Shown piece by piece: positions 24,430 to 38,093 of a stretch of 64,000 bases of DNA. Location of the stretch: the NCBI RefSeq assembly GCF_037042905.1, contig NC_087252.1, positions 20,028,001 through 20,092,000 on the forward strand, written 5' to 3'. The notes beneath the pieces were generated by a model. The model saw only the letters and a list, made by a program, of their open reading frames with translations. It had not been told where the DNA came from and ran no database searches. The position numbers were made by a program, and so were the translations under genes. The stretch is from Lytechinus pictus. Its lineage: Eukaryota. Position 1 is the first letter of the stretch. Each line of letters begins with the position of its first letter.

Positions 24430-27400
24430 TTGAACCTTGAAGAAGTACTCTCCCAAAAAGCGTACACGCTGTCCTGGAGAGGGTTGTGCTGTGTGATGTG
24501 CTGCCAGTGCTTCAGGTGATGTGGTGATCCTTTGGTGGTATTCTTGGTGCACTATATACAGTGTGCTAGGTGCAGTGTGCGGGTGGTGCGTGTGTGTCCC
24601 TCTTACAGCATCTTAAGGGGAGGGGGAGGCAACATTTGCTGAATGATAGGCAATGTTGCACCCCGGAAGCCAGCTATAGAGGTCGAAGTTACAGCAGCGT
24701 TTTGGAGAGTATTCCAAATACTGATGGTTCTTGGGAACATACTGTACATGTAGCAGTTCACTCTACTAAAATGCTGGGTGTACTTGAGCTGATGTCCAGT
24801 GTGTTGTGAACATTGTGGACGAGAACTGCTGTTTAACTTAATCTGATGTGGCATGTTGATGTAAACAAAATTGTGATGAATTTTGTAGAACATCTCACAT
24901 TGGCTAAGAAGGCGTCTGTGTTGGAGAGTATCCCAGAGAAGAGTTGACAACATCGATGTTACACTGGATTCTCTGCTATAGTCGTGAAGGACAAACCTAG
25001 CACCCTGACGCTGAATGTTCTCAGTAATGTTTACATCTTTCTGTATGTGAGGATTCCATGCACATGAAGCATACTCAAGTTGAGGTCTGACAAGTTGCTT
25101 GTACGCAATGTCTCTCACTTTCAGGTCACATTTACCCAATGCTCGACGTATGATTCCAAGAGTACAAGCAGCTTTGGAGGATATCTTCTGTGCATGGGAG
25201 TTCCAACACAGGTTGTCTGTGATGGTCACACCGATGTATTTACAGGAGGTTGCCGTTGGAACAGGTTGGTCACTGATGGTAAAGTTGCAAACCAAGGGTT
25301 GTCGTTTCAATGTGATACACATGTGGGCACACTTCTTGACATTGAAGGACATATCCCACAGTTTTGCCCAATCCGATAATGTTTACAGATCTGAGAATTG
25401 CGTGGTCAGCTCTTGTCTCGACCTTGCGATACAGCACACAGTCATCAGCTTAGAGTCTGTAATAAAATGCATTCACAGATGTCATTGATGTACAACAGGG
25501 ACAGGGGCGGATCCAGCTTTCGCCAATAGGGGGGGGGGGGGCGAAAAAAATTGTACCCATATTTTCCCCGTTCAAAGTTGATTTTCATTTGTTTCTTTGA
25601 AGGGATAGTCCTAACAGTCGCTTCTTAGCTTTATTCTCACAAAACATAAATAATGTCATATAAGCCCTAATTGAACAGTACGAGCGCGAGCTAATTCTTT
25701 TTATTTCATGTAATTTTGTCCTGAAAATTGAACATTCTGAGCAATGATTGTGATCGTGAACAAGATGTGTATGTAACTAAATAATTACTGCGAGCGCAAA
25801 TCGCGAGCAGAAGTTTTTAATATACGTTCTAGCCTGATGGAAAACAGACCGTAAGGACTGTTTGCAGTTACCTATGAAAACAATACATATTTCAACAATC
25901 AAATAATGCGAGCGCGAAGCGCGAGCTGAAAATTTATGACACTTTGACCTAAAAATTTGACATTCTATGCACTTTTTGTAATCATATACAGAATAGGTAT
26001 ATAACTAAACATTTCGTGCGAGCGCGAAGCGCGAGCGAAAAATATGAGATTTAGACCTAAAAACGGGACACACTATTCATGATTCGTAAATCACAAAAAT
26101 AATGACTATTATATAAATAATGCGAGCGCGAAGCACGAGAAGAAAATTTTTGATATTCTAATATGAAACTGGATAATTCAAGCACGTTTTGAATAATGAA
26201 CAAACTGCGTGGTTTTGAGACTTAGACCTAGAATCTTGGCATTCTAGATACATTTTTTTTATTATGAAAATCAATAAAGCACAAGTGCGAGCTGAAAAAA
26301 TTGATGGCGATCTGAAGAGGGTCGATTTAAGCACTATTTCAAGCATCGTAGGAAAATTGTGAAGTGGATATGGATCGTACTTCACAAATGATGTGAGCGC
26401 GAAGCGCGAGCCGATTTGAAAAAAATATTATTTAGACCAAGCACCCGGGGAAATTATAAGGACATTTTGTCATCATATGAAAATAACAGTTTTCCTATTC
26501 CTCTTCCTAAGCGCGAGATGAAACTTGTCGATATCGATATTCCATTCTGAAAAAAGGGACAATTTCATTATTAGGAATTCATGAAACTGTCACCTTATTT
26601 ATCAATCTAATATTGATGAGAGCACGAAATCTGTTGATATTAAGGCCTGAAAACCGGACATTTTAAGCATTTTCAAAATATTGTTTTACGGTCAACTTGT
26701 GCACATATGGAAATCCTCCTATGCAGAGCTAATCGGCCGTTGATGGAGTGCAGGAGAATGTCTCGATTGCGCAGTTGCAGTAGCGTGGTTTACCTACATG
26801 TGAACTAACAGAATGCGGTGCCACTGTAAATAGGCCTGGGATCGGGCCGGCTGTTACGAGGATGTAAATTAAACATGAGTATAATACCTCCTTCGTACTT
26901 CTCTTTCTGTTTTTCAGCGTATCTCTCAAGTTAAAGGGATTTTTTTTGGTTGCCAAAAAAAAAGGGGGGGGGGGCCGGCTCGGCCCCCTCTTGAGGAATA
27001 ACACTGGCCCGAGTTCTGAGCCTTGCGGCACGCCTGAGAGAACACTGGCTCGTGGTGAGGATGTTCCATCAACATGAACTGACTGAGATCTGCCTGATAG
27101 AAAAGCTTTGATCCATCCATGCATTTGATCAGTAATGCCATAATACTCCAATTTGTAGAGCAGCTTCCTGTGTGATACCTTATCGAAGGCCTTACTAACG
27201 TCGAGAAAGAAGGCGTCTGTCTGACATTGCTGGTCGATGTTGTATGCCCAGTCATTGATGGCCTCAACAAGTTGCGTTTCGCCTGACAGTCCCTTCCTAA
27301 ATCAATGTTGGTTTGGGTTGATGATGTTATTCTTTTCCAAGTATTTTGACATGTGGCTCAATACAATGTGCTCTAGGATCTTGCAGCAGATGCATGTGAG

Positions 27401-28090
27401 TGACACCGGTCTATAATTGGCTGGGTTACTCTTGTCGCCAGACTTGTAGATGCTGGCGACTTGAGCTCTTAGCCAATCACTTGGAAGAATTCCCTCATCA
27501 TATGATTGTTGGAAGAGATGAGTAAGGACTGGGCTAATCTCATCTGCATAGTCTCTTAACATTCTAGCAGGTATTTCATCTGGACCACTGGCTTTCAGTT
27601 GTTTATTCACTCCTCGTAAGCTGATGAAGAGATCTTCAATTGGTGTGTACGGTGAGGGACCCTTGTCTGGTAGTACCGATGAAGTATTATCATGTGTAAA
27701 AACTGAAGAGAACTGAGCATTTAGAGCATTAGCTTTCTCCTCATTGGATACATAGAAAACATTTCCTACTTTCAAAGTTAGGATTCCTTCCGACTCTCTC
27801 CGCTGAGCTTTGACGTACCTCCAGAATTTCTTTGCGTCAGTCATAAGACTTCCTCCAACAACATTTTGAAGGTATTCACTGTGAGCTGATTCTTTTGCTC
27901 TTTGAACAGAATTTCTCTTTGTTTTGTATGTTTCCCAATCTGAATGTGACCTTGAACGCCTTGCCTTTTTGTATAGCCTGTCCCTCTAATTCATCTCCCG
28001 TATGATCTTCGGGGTGATGTACGGGTGGCTTGTCTTGGGCCTCGAGTTCCTTATCAAGGATAAGAACGATGTTACCAATTACCATCTATA
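24430..28090 (-). mobile_element. 5'-truncated, inactive CR1-clade LINE (ORF2 reverse transcriptase pseudogene), interrupted at about 25501-26992
   Basis: KASGPDEIP, NYRPVSLTCICCKILE, GVPQGSELGPVLFL, LYINDI and LVRPQLEYASCAWNP motifs are spread over several frames. The catalytic (Y/F)ADD reads TAA-ADD. Confidence 0.93.
25502..26990. mobile_element. hAT-like non-autonomous element inserted in the LINE RT
   Basis: Starts CAGGGGCGGATCCAG and carries the same GCGAGCGCGAAGCGCGAGC repeats as 12791-14350. The right TIR is not recognisable. Confidence 0.7.
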
Positions 28091-28791
28091 ATTGTTTCAC
28101 AAGTTTCTCTTTGCGATGATTCTCCTCATTTACCTAGACCTTCTGTGGATGTGTTCTTCAGTACGTGATCATTATGTCTTTATTTCTAATGTAATCGTGC
28201 TTTTCAGGTGAAAAATGGGAATTCCAAATCGATTTTTTTTTCTTCAAATTCCAATGTTATTTTATTTTCTTTTTATTTTGAACTGTTATAATGTTATGCA
28301 TTTTGGTAAAAATATATTATTCACGACCCTATTGAAGACCAATTCTTATATAGGCGAATTGGCTACCCTGAAAAAAGATCAGAAATGATCAAAGCTGACC
28401 AATAATAAGAAATAATAAAACTGGGTCCATTTGCATACAAAGAAAAGCTCTGATATTTTTTTTGCCAGAGTTTTTCATTGTGTGTTATTGTCAATGGCAT
28501 GATTTTGTTTGCTAGAATTTCTATTTAGTTGTATGCCAGTGTTTTTTATGGACAACATTTTAGCAACAGGCCCCTGGAGGGGATATAATGGCATGGACAC
28601 ATTAGCACCCAGGGTCGGGGTATTGACATATCGATTGCTTAATTGAACCACCAGGGCCCAGTTGTATAGACACTCACGGTTATGGTAACTTTGTTATTGT
28701 TCACTTTCGTGGAAACATTCACGGTGGTTAGCTACTGAACTTTACAACTATGGGAGTTACCATGGTCTTTATGAAATAGGTACCAAGGTTA

Positions 28792-29186
28792 ATCCCGTCT
28801 CACACTATGCGATTCGTTGCGACCCCAATTTCAAATTCATTGTGATAACATTTGATATGGATATTCCAACTTATAAAATATTACGGATCACAGTTCAGAA
28901 TAGTGGTAAGACTACTGAAATCGAAATTCAGTCCAGTTAGAGCCTCCTTGAATGAATAAAAACAAATTCAATTCCAAATCGTTATGACGTCATCATCGGC
29001 TGCGACTTGAAGTCGATTTGGACTTTACTCCGACCATAGGCATGATATGGCTTGCCGCGAAGTAAAAATATGATATGCCAAACTTTAAATGAAATAATTT
29101 TACTTCTTGGAACTTTCATATTTAATGCAAAATGCGATTTCTTGAAAAATCGCGTCGCACCGGATCGCATTGTGTGAGACGGGCTT
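28792..29186. mobile_element. Harbinger/Tourist-like MITE
   Basis: CCCGTCTCACACTATGCGAT ... ATCGCATTGTGTGAGACGGG with TTA-like flanks. Confidence 0.7.
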
Positions 29187-29341
29187 TACAGAAGACATCT
29201 AGCGGACCAATCAATGTTTCATCTCATCTGAAGATATGGTTTATCATTAATTACCCGTTAATTCAATCCTGGCACATATTTGAATCGATAATAGTATTTT
29301 TCATCATTCCCGGAAATTATTAACATATAATCCCTTAACAT

Positions 29342-29572
29342 CACTCTAAAATTCAAGGATTTAAAATAAATCAAGATCGGCTGTGGATAGTGACCAGCCG
29401 AATTTTGGATTTATTTTAAATCTTTAGGATTAACTTTCAAATAACAAAAGATTTAAATTCAAATTTTTAGAGTTATATTTAACTCTTCAAGGTTTAAAAC
29501 TAAATATAATATTCGGCTGGTCACTATTCACAGCCGATCTGGATTTATTCTAAATCCTTGATTTTTAGAGTG
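29342..29572. mobile_element. EnSpm/CMC-like palindromic MITE
   Basis: CACTCTAAAATTCAAGGATTT ... AAATCCTTGATTTTTAGAGTG. Confidence 0.7.
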
Positions 29573-31770
29573 TGTTCCTGCCACGGGGCAGGGTAATTAA
29601 ACAAAAATCCCCTCTCTCTCTACTCTGTCTCTCACTCTGTTCGTACGTTTTGATATTTATGGAATTCAGCAAGGTTGTTTTGTTAAGGTGCCCCAAAATA
29701 GACAAAAGAAAAGCAAATTACAATTTCTTTTCATGTATGCAGTCATGGTTGATTATGATATAAAAGAGTTTGATGCTCAATGAGGTTTATTTGAATGTAT
29801 TCATACTGCTTGGTTGAACATTAAGTGAAGTGCGTACAAAGTATATTTACTAACTGTTCATCAGGGAGCCTACGGTGTCGGTTGATATCAACTACGATAA
29901 TAAAAGTCCTCTTTTGAGAACAGAAATTATTTAATGTGCAGCTTCCTCAAACTCAAGCAAACACAAACGTACACGCATGCAGACCCCCACCTTCTCCCTC
30001 TTCCCCCCTCTCTCATTCTCTCTCTCTCTTTCTTTTTGTCTCTCAAACTCACATTTGCCCACTTTATCTCTGTCTTCATCCATCCCTCTGTCTACATTGC
30101 CATTGGCGTATTAGGCAATTAATGGTGTATATAAGACTGTGTTAAAGTTATGGAAAGCCAAATATGTCAAAATCTCATTTGCATTTCATGTTCCGTATCT
30201 TTACTTGGCTCTTTTCCCCGTGTTCTAATGAAGAAGGAAACTATTTCAGCACTTGTTCCTTGTCAGTCATGAATGGTATGAGTGCCAAATGAGCTGACAA
30301 TTGAACTTCTACTGTGAGGGATACATGTCAAAAACTTGCTACATCCATAGTTAGACCAGAATATGGGCCAGGTTTTTTTTACTCGTTGTTAGATCAGCGT
30401 GAAGTTGTGTGTTGGTATTTTTTTTAAGTCTCGCCTCTTTTTTAACACGAAAAAAAAGTTTATCAAATTCATGCTCTAAACCAGAATTTAAAAGTCAACA
30501 GCAACGCAAGGATAACACCATCCCGACTAGCTAGTGAGTTACAAATTTGCTTCTTGCGACTTGTGTTCTGAGTTGGACTCGGACCCGCTACGTTATCGTA
30601 AAGAATACCGTATACGCAAAAGGAGCAAGTGCTGAAATCGGCAGCTATCTGAATAATAGCTTGCTGGTTGTTCAAATATTCTGTCTTCGCTCTCTTACCC
30701 ATTTATAATTTCTATTTTTTATCTCGGAAAATAGCAATGAAAATTGACTTTATATGACTTTAAACATATATGAGGCTCAGTGTTAGCACGATTAAGTTTG
30801 TACATAGATGTAGTGCTCGTTAAAATGTTACACGCTTTGAAGTTTAAACCTTTGTTGTCAGTGCATGTGTCATATGGAGCATGACTAAACATTTATACCA
30901 ATAAATGAATGCCTGGTTGGCTGGCTCTCCGACTGCTTATAAACTATTCTATTACATATTTTCAAGGGCCCTGAACAGTAAGACGAAATTTTTTGAGCGC
31001 ATTTTTTTATTGACGAGAGCGTGGGCGAGTAGATTACCAACAGAAAAGTAAATGAAATGAACCGGGAAAACAAAATCATGTTTATGTGTTGATTACAGGT
31101 ATCACCCCCCCCCCTCCGCCAAAAAAAGCGAATAGTATTTTCCTCCTAAATCATAGGAACATTATTCAAGAAAAAAAAAAAACTACATTACTTTAAAACA
31201 GAAAGACATCCCCTGATCAATGGATGCATGACACGATGAGTTATGTACATGTTTGCACAGACATTAGTCAATGGATGTAAGCACGTTTTCGCTACTCCAT
31301 ATTGCGAAAATGTACTTTTTGTTAAAAAGGTAACGCCATTTTCATTAAGTGGAACACACTGTTTGTCTTCAAAATGTCGGTGCTCTCTTCAAAGTATGTT
31401 GAAACCATGCTTGGTTGCAGTCTGAATGAGGCCTGATCTACAGCCGTCATATTTTGAGCGAAGAAGTATCAAGTGTTTGTGAGAGAGAGAGAGTGAGTGG
31501 GAAAATAAGTGTGGGTGAGTGAGTGTGTTTGCGGTGCGAGTATGTTTGGGATTTACAGTTTGCTTCACATCTCACGTAGATGTGAGTACGTATAAAAATC
31601 TGATATTCCTAACATATCTCATAAAGGAAAAATACTTTGACAATAAATCTTTATATTTGCCAAAACTTGACACAGGCTCTGCTGTCAGGATTGGAAAGAA
31701 ATTTATAATTCCAACGTCCCCCAAATTAAGTTTACTCCCCGATTCGTGGACCAAGTTTGTTCATGGGAAT

Positions 31771-31950
31771 CTGTTTTTATAGACTATCTATCCGAGGGGG
31801 TGTGTCGATATTGATTCATTTCTGGGACATTATTCTTTGAATTTGTTCATTGTTCAAGGGAGTCTGTTTTTAATAGACTATCAATCCAAGGGGGTGTGTC
31901 GATATTGATTCATTTCTGGGATATTATTCTTTGAATCTGTTAATTGTGTT
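31771..31950 (+). repeat. Two-copy tandem duplication, period about 93 bp
   Basis: AGGGGGTGTGTCGATATTGATTCATTTCTGGGA occurs twice. Confidence 0.85.
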
Positions 31951-33485
31951 ACAATTGACTGCACAAAGTTCCGAGTTGTAAGCTCGCATTCTTTCAAAGT
32001 AATGTGTGTGTTTTTTTAGTAGTTCATTGTATCACCAGTGAATGTAACAGAAGACACATCTTACACTAAATGTATTTATTAAACGTTAATGGGTATTTTT
32101 AGATCATTGACATTTTCTACCGCGATTATACAGTGTGTATATTATCCTTTAGGGAGCGATTAATAAATAAATTGATGATCCTTGTTACTTAGGGATTTTG
32201 AGGAGAGGGAACTGATCCGAGGGAGGGCGTCGAGGTGATGGGGGTTCCTAAGAAACGGATTGCCAATGGCTTCAATTCGTCCACTTAGTAACTATTTGTT
32301 TTGTGTGTATCTGAGAAAAATATTTGTGTGTGTGTGTTCTTTTATAAATATTTGACACTCTGCAAGAATATGTTGAGTGAGTTGAGATTATAAGCAGAGA
32401 CATATATATCATTTGTAACTATTTATTAAGATAATGACGTTTCAATGTAACATGCTTTACTAGGAGAGATATGACTCTGTGTTCATTTGAAAAGAAATGA
32501 GAAGCAAGTTGAAAAATAAACATATGGCATATTATAATGTCAGTGCTTCCAAAAAGAAAGAACAAACTATGTATAGTGTTATGTATTTTATTCATTGTCA
32601 ACATATTCACTAAGTTGTAAGGATATAATATCTAATCTGTATTTTAATTCTTTTTCTTTATGTCAAGAAGTTGAAGTTTTTTTAATAAAATTTAAACCTC
32701 TAGATACAAAAAATACAGATAAAACAAAGATGGTATCGATTTAAAACAAAAAATGCAGCAGGGTTGATATTACATTTATTTGAATAACAATATTTCTAAG
32801 CAATGAAATGAGAAAGCTTTAACCTTTAACAATTATATAACTAATTATATAATTAATTTGACAACACTCATTTAACAGACATTGAAATACATGTATTACA
32901 AATAGTTGGGGTGCACTTGAAATGTCTTCGATTTGAAACTATTTGTAAACCAAAATGATTTAGGCTAGGGACGAACTTACACCATATTGAGTAAAGCAAT
33001 GTATATTGTTAACAGCATGAGACATAAAAGATTCATCCCTCACTAACTACAAGCCAAAAGTAAACACTGTACAGCGAAAAGGAAACGAGAATTGAGAGAA
33101 AGAAATAGATTATGTAAAAAGGGAGAGACAGAGAGAGGAATGGAGAGAAATATCGCGAGATCACGGGCCCACTTTCATAAAACCTGTTACAATAAAACAT
33201 TTTGCAAATTCCTTTTATTAGCATACATACAACTATTCATCTACGATATTGTTTGTATTGTGATTGCCAATTTGCAAGTGTATCTCTTTTTTTTTGGTTT
33301 ATAAATGATTGATTTTCATTAATTTATGTAATTGATTTGTATTTATGTATTTCTGATTTGTATGTTGAAAGATTAATACAGAAATTAAATAAACCAACTT
33401 AATTCAATGATTAAATTCAACATCAATTTAAAGGCATTGAAACAAATCAATTTGATTGACTGGTCGTAAATATTTCATAGATATT

Positions 33486-33882
33486 GGGCGATTCCATGCT
33501 AGAAAAATCAGCCATTTTCACAACTTTTTTCAACCTGCTGTCCAAACGAATGAAGAGCTTCAATTTGCTTTGTGGTAATATTAAAGTACTACTGGGTAGA
33601 CATGCAAAAAACTGACAACCAACAAAAATATGTTGTCCACAGATGAATTACAGCTTAAAATGTTGCGTGTCGTACGGGACATTTCTGCCTCCCGTACGAC
33701 ACAAAACATTTTCACCTATAATTTACCCATAATCAATTTTTTTGTGTTGGTTATTAGTTATTCACGTCAATACCCACTACAGCTTTATCTTTGACAAAAA
33801 AAATATTTTTATTGCTCAAGCGTTCGGCTAGGAAACTAGAAATTGTTGTAAAATGTCCCGTACGACACGTACGGAATCGCCC
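33486..33882. mobile_element. MITE (second, partly deleted copy about 36661-36968)
   Basis: GGGCGATTCC ... GGAATCGCCC ends. It appears nested in a GGGCCC..TTTCATA-type repeat (about 33164-33928). Confidence 0.7.
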
Positions 33883-33949
33883 TATTGTGCTTTTTTTGTT
33901 TTAACGAGTCTGTATGAAACTGGACCCAGAATGAGCGGGATGTTGGTTA

Positions 33950-34365
33950 AGGTGACCGCACACCTTACGACTGGTCTGCGACCCGATTTAGGAACAAATC
34001 GCATTTTGCTCAATTTCTGAAGATGTGAATGGAACATATCATTTTATTTGAGGTTGAAATTAATTGAAATAATAATATTATAACAATTTTGAAAGATTGC
34101 AAGCCCTTATTTTGGAGTAAAGTCCAAATTAGGTTCAAATCGTAGCCAATCGTAAGACTGCTATGACGTCATTACGACTAGATATTAAATTCGCTTTTAT
34201 TCTAAGAAGGATGATAGCATAGTCACAAATTTGATCATAGGTATTCGTACGATGATTTCGAACATTACACAGTAAGATATTCCAAGTCTCAATATTAGCA
34301 TCAAATTCTATTACATTTTATTCTGAAATCGGGTCGCAGACCAGTCGTAAGGTGTGCGGTGGCCT
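33950..34365. mobile_element. Harbinger/Tourist-like MITE
   Basis: TIR of about 40 bp (AGG..ACCGCACACCTTACGACTGGTCTGCGACCCGATTT) with TSD TTA. Confidence 0.85.
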
Positions 34366-34672
34366 TTAGATGGGACGAGGGAGAGACGGATTAGAGAAAG
34401 GGGAGGAGATGCATTTGAATGTGATAATAAACAATAGTGTGCGAAAACAAATAAACCGTAGATACATGTAGCTATAAGCATTATTAACTACAAAATAACG
34501 ATCATGACTATTAACCAACTTTTGTTACCTATTGCTTTATACACGATCTCCATCAATATCCAATTTCCTTTATATTGAAAACACTGACCGAATAAATACG
34601 TCATTATGTTGCCCCCCCCCCCCCACTTCCCCCTTTTCTGAATTTAGGTACTGAACTTGGCGAACTTAATCA

Positions 34673-34678
34673 TTTATT
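34673..34678 (-). terminator. Candidate polyadenylation signal AATAAA of gene B
   Basis: Minus-strand AATAAA about 175 nt after the stop codon. Confidence 0.4.
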
Positions 34679-34852
34679 CATAACGTCCGGGCTACCACAC
34701 TGTTTCACATTAAAAATGGGCGGTAAGCAAATCATTTTCATATAGTTATTATCACAAAGGAACACACTTGTGACACCATGAATATATTGGGAACAACAGA
34801 CACCGATAAATGGGGATTGTTAGATCATTAATATGTAGCGCCATCTTGCGTT

Positions 34853-34956
34853 TTAAGCAGGACAGTCTGTTTCGTCGTTGGAACAGTCAACGATGCCATC
34901 ACACTGGAATCCCTTCTCAATGCATTTGCCATCGCTGCATTCGAAGCCCAAGCAGG
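34853..34956 (-). CDS. Gene B exon 5 (last): LDLa repeat 3 and stop (PCLGFECSDGKCIEKGFQCDGIVDCSNDETDCPA*)
   Basis: atttatctacAG acceptor in phase 1, TAA at 34855-34853. Absent from the ORF track. The five exons sum to 882 nt (293 aa plus stop). Confidence 0.92.
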
Positions 34957-35537
34957 CTGTAGATAAATATATCATGAAATGTATTTAAAATTGTTATATT
35001 GTTAAATGAATATGAAATTTCAAGCTTCTTGCAGATGAATTATATTTTTCTTCTTGAAACACCAATGTAAACACAGAAACGGGCGAATTATAAAAACACA
35101 GGAAGAAAGGAAGCGATGCAGGCCAAAAGTTGAGGCCTTTGTCAGTTTTCGAAATACAAATCGCATTTTCATTTGATATAGGCCTAATACAAATAGCCCA
35201 TGTCCTGCCAATCACTAGACAAGTTTGGATTAAAAGTTGCTATTTGTACATTCGATTTTTTTTTACAAGAAGCAAGATAAACAAAGCACCGAAATAAAAC
35301 ATAGCAAAAGACTAACGAGGGTCCTTTACGTAGATCAAGATCATAATAAACAAGGGACCAATGATATTTCCCCGTGGAACACCAGACACGTAATGACTGT
35401 AACACTGACCTGTTATCATTGATTTGTACATAATACTATTGTTTGAACTTGAACAATTCCAAGGCTTTCTCACACGTACTCAGTAGCGTTATGATCTAAA
35501 AAAAAAGAATTATATATTAGAAAAAAAATCCACTTAC

Positions 35538-35699
35538 GGCAGCCTATCTCGTCCTCTCCCTCGTCACAGTCATTTGCTCCGTCACAGTGCCAGTCCCAAC
35601 TGACACAGATCAGGTCACTGCTGAGACACGGGAAACAAGCTGACATACCCACGTCGACGTCAGCATCATTCCCGACCGCGGGGACGATCGCGGGGCTCT
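35538..35699 (-). CDS. Gene B exon 4: linker and LDLa repeat 2 (ESPAIVPAVGNDADVDVGMSACFPCLSSDLICVSWDWHCDGANDCDEGEDEIGC)
   Basis: ctctttttcAG acceptor and C|GTAAGT donor. 162 nt, phase 1-1. Canonical W-x-CDG-x2-DC-x3-EDE-x2-C. Confidence 0.93.
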
Positions 35700-37612
35700 C
35701 TGAAAAAGAGGATAGGTAAAAGGATAGAGATCGGAGTGATGGGAGAGAGCGAGGGAGGGTAAAGATGACACGGAGGAGGAAGGTAGATAGATGAATAGAG
35801 AGGGAGGGAGAGAGAGAGAGAAATCCCAGAGCGGAGGAACAGAGACAGATTCAGCGATGATGGGAATAAAATTCGAAGGAAAGATGAAAATTACAAGTAA
35901 AAAGTAAACCATGCAGGTGGAATCATAACACTACAGGTAGTGTTTCATAAAGCTGTTCGTAAATTAAGAGCGACTTTAAGAACGACTGGTAATCCTTTCT
36001 TGCGGTAATGCGGTAAATGGTATCCACCCAAATGTTCATTTCCGATGGCTTAGCGTGTAAGAAAGGTTCACCAGTCGTTCTTAAAGTCGCTCTTAACTAA
36101 CAAACAGCTTTATGAACCCCCGATATCATAAATGATATTATGCTCATTTCAATATTTGCTGCTCTAAGAATACAAATCAGGAACAACTTCTGACATGTAT
36201 ATTCGATCATCATTGTTGTATAAGCGTGACTTATTTTCTTGACAAGGAAGACATACCAAAACGCAACAAAAAAGTTGTATAAATGAAATTGACAGAGAAA
36301 AGGCATTGTATGTCGTTGATATCATGTATACACACCTATTTCAAACAGAACTGAAGATAAACAATAAAATCAATAGCTCCTTTATTCTATTCCGTGATTT
36401 TCTAATTCAATGTTGCTCTATATTTTCTTCAAATCATATTAATTTTGACCATGCTATCGCAACTGACCCGCCATAAGTTTCAAAGCTGACGAAAACTTGC
36501 ATGTCGTTTTTTTTCTTCGTTTGGTCTTATGTCGTTTGTCCAAATCAAGTACTAAATTGCCGTTATGATTCAGCAATTTTCAACAAAGAATAATTATTTG
36601 TTGTTCTTGGTCATGACGGGCATTTGGCAATACATTATCTCTGCACTTGAACTCCTTAATAGAGCGTTTCCATGCTAGAAAAGTTAGCCATTTTCGCAAC
36701 ATTTTTCAACTTACTGTCCAAACAATAGAGGAACTTCAACTTATTTTGTGGTTATAATAAAGCACTAGTGGGTAGTCATGTACGACACGCAACATTTTCA
36801 CCTCTAATTCACCCATAATCAAACCCTTTTTTCGTTGGTAATCAGTTTCTCACATGACTACCCACTATATCGTTATAATTGACAATTTTTTTTTATTGCT
36901 CAAGCAATCAGCTAAGAGACTAGAAATTGTTGTCGAAATGTCCCGTACGACACATATGGAATTTCCCAATGCAATTTGAAAGGCGGCTTTTTAAAGAACG
37001 GGGGCGGTACATGGAAACCTGTATAACTTTGTTACCGTACCCTCGTGTGATCAAGGTGGATAGCATGCTCTTGATAGAGTGTATGTGTGAAGTCAGATCA
37101 CACGCAGGTGCTGATAGCAACTAGGACAGCGATATAAAGCATTGTATCCGAGCCAGATACAGGAAATTAATCGACGACCAAGGACCATGGGTGAGATATG
37201 GCGGAGTCACTGATCGATGAATTATTGAAGATCAAAGGGTTTAAACTTGTAGAACTTAAAATATATATATATATGTTGGGGTTCAAAGTAGTGAGATTTT
37301 TTGGCAGGGCATGTACTAAGTGTAACAATAATACATGTATATCATCATTTAAGTAGGCAGGGTTCAAAGTTCTCACAAGAAGTTTCTTGAAGCGACCTCC
37401 TTGATTATTATCATTATAGATATCATGATTTACATTTGTGATTATTATCATTGTTATTGTTATTGTAATTGCTACTATCATTATTTTTTGTTTTTATTTC
37501 TTAGATTAATTTTTTTTTAAATATTATTGTTTTCATTGTTTTTATGATCATTATCTATCATAGATTTTTAGCCATGAAATGCCGACGTGCCTACAATGTA
37601 TGGCACTTAATT

Positions 37613-38093
37613 TGGTTACACTTCGTAATTCGAAAGGTTCGTAATTCCGAAGGTTCTTTATTCCGAAGGTTCGTAATTCCGAAACACGTAAATTGCCTAT
37701 ACCTCGATGATCATTAATCCGAAAACGTAAAAGGGTTCGTTAATCCGAACATTTGTGGCGTTATTCCGAAGGTTCGATAATCCGAAAACGAAATAAGGTT
37801 CGGTGTTCCGAAGGTTCGTTAATCCGAAAACGAAATAAGATTCGTTGTTCCGAAGGTTCGTTAGTCCCAAAACAAAATAAGGTTAGTTAATCATTTAGTT
37901 TTCGGACTAACGAACCTTCGGAATTACGAACCTCATTTCTTTTTCGGATTAACGAACCTTCGGAAATACGAACCTTCGGAATAACGAACCTTCGGAATTA
38001 CGAACCTTCGGAAATACGAACCTTCGGAATAACGAACCTTCGGAATATCCGAACCTTCGGAATAACGAAGCTTCGGAATTACGAATGTATGCG
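37613..38093. mobile_element. Foldback-like TTCCGAAGGTTCGT element, copy 2 (opposite orientation to copy 1)
   Basis: Ends GGTTACACTTCG ... CGAATGTATGCG are the reverse complement of the copy 1 ends. Confidence 0.8.

Noticed and set aside
26729..27151. 140-aa ORF as a novel RT fusion protein
   Set aside because: It is read-through from the dead LINE RT into the inserted element.
30469..30702. 77-aa ORF MGKRAKTEY with good start context
   Set aside because: No domain, splice partner or other support. It may be repeat-derived.
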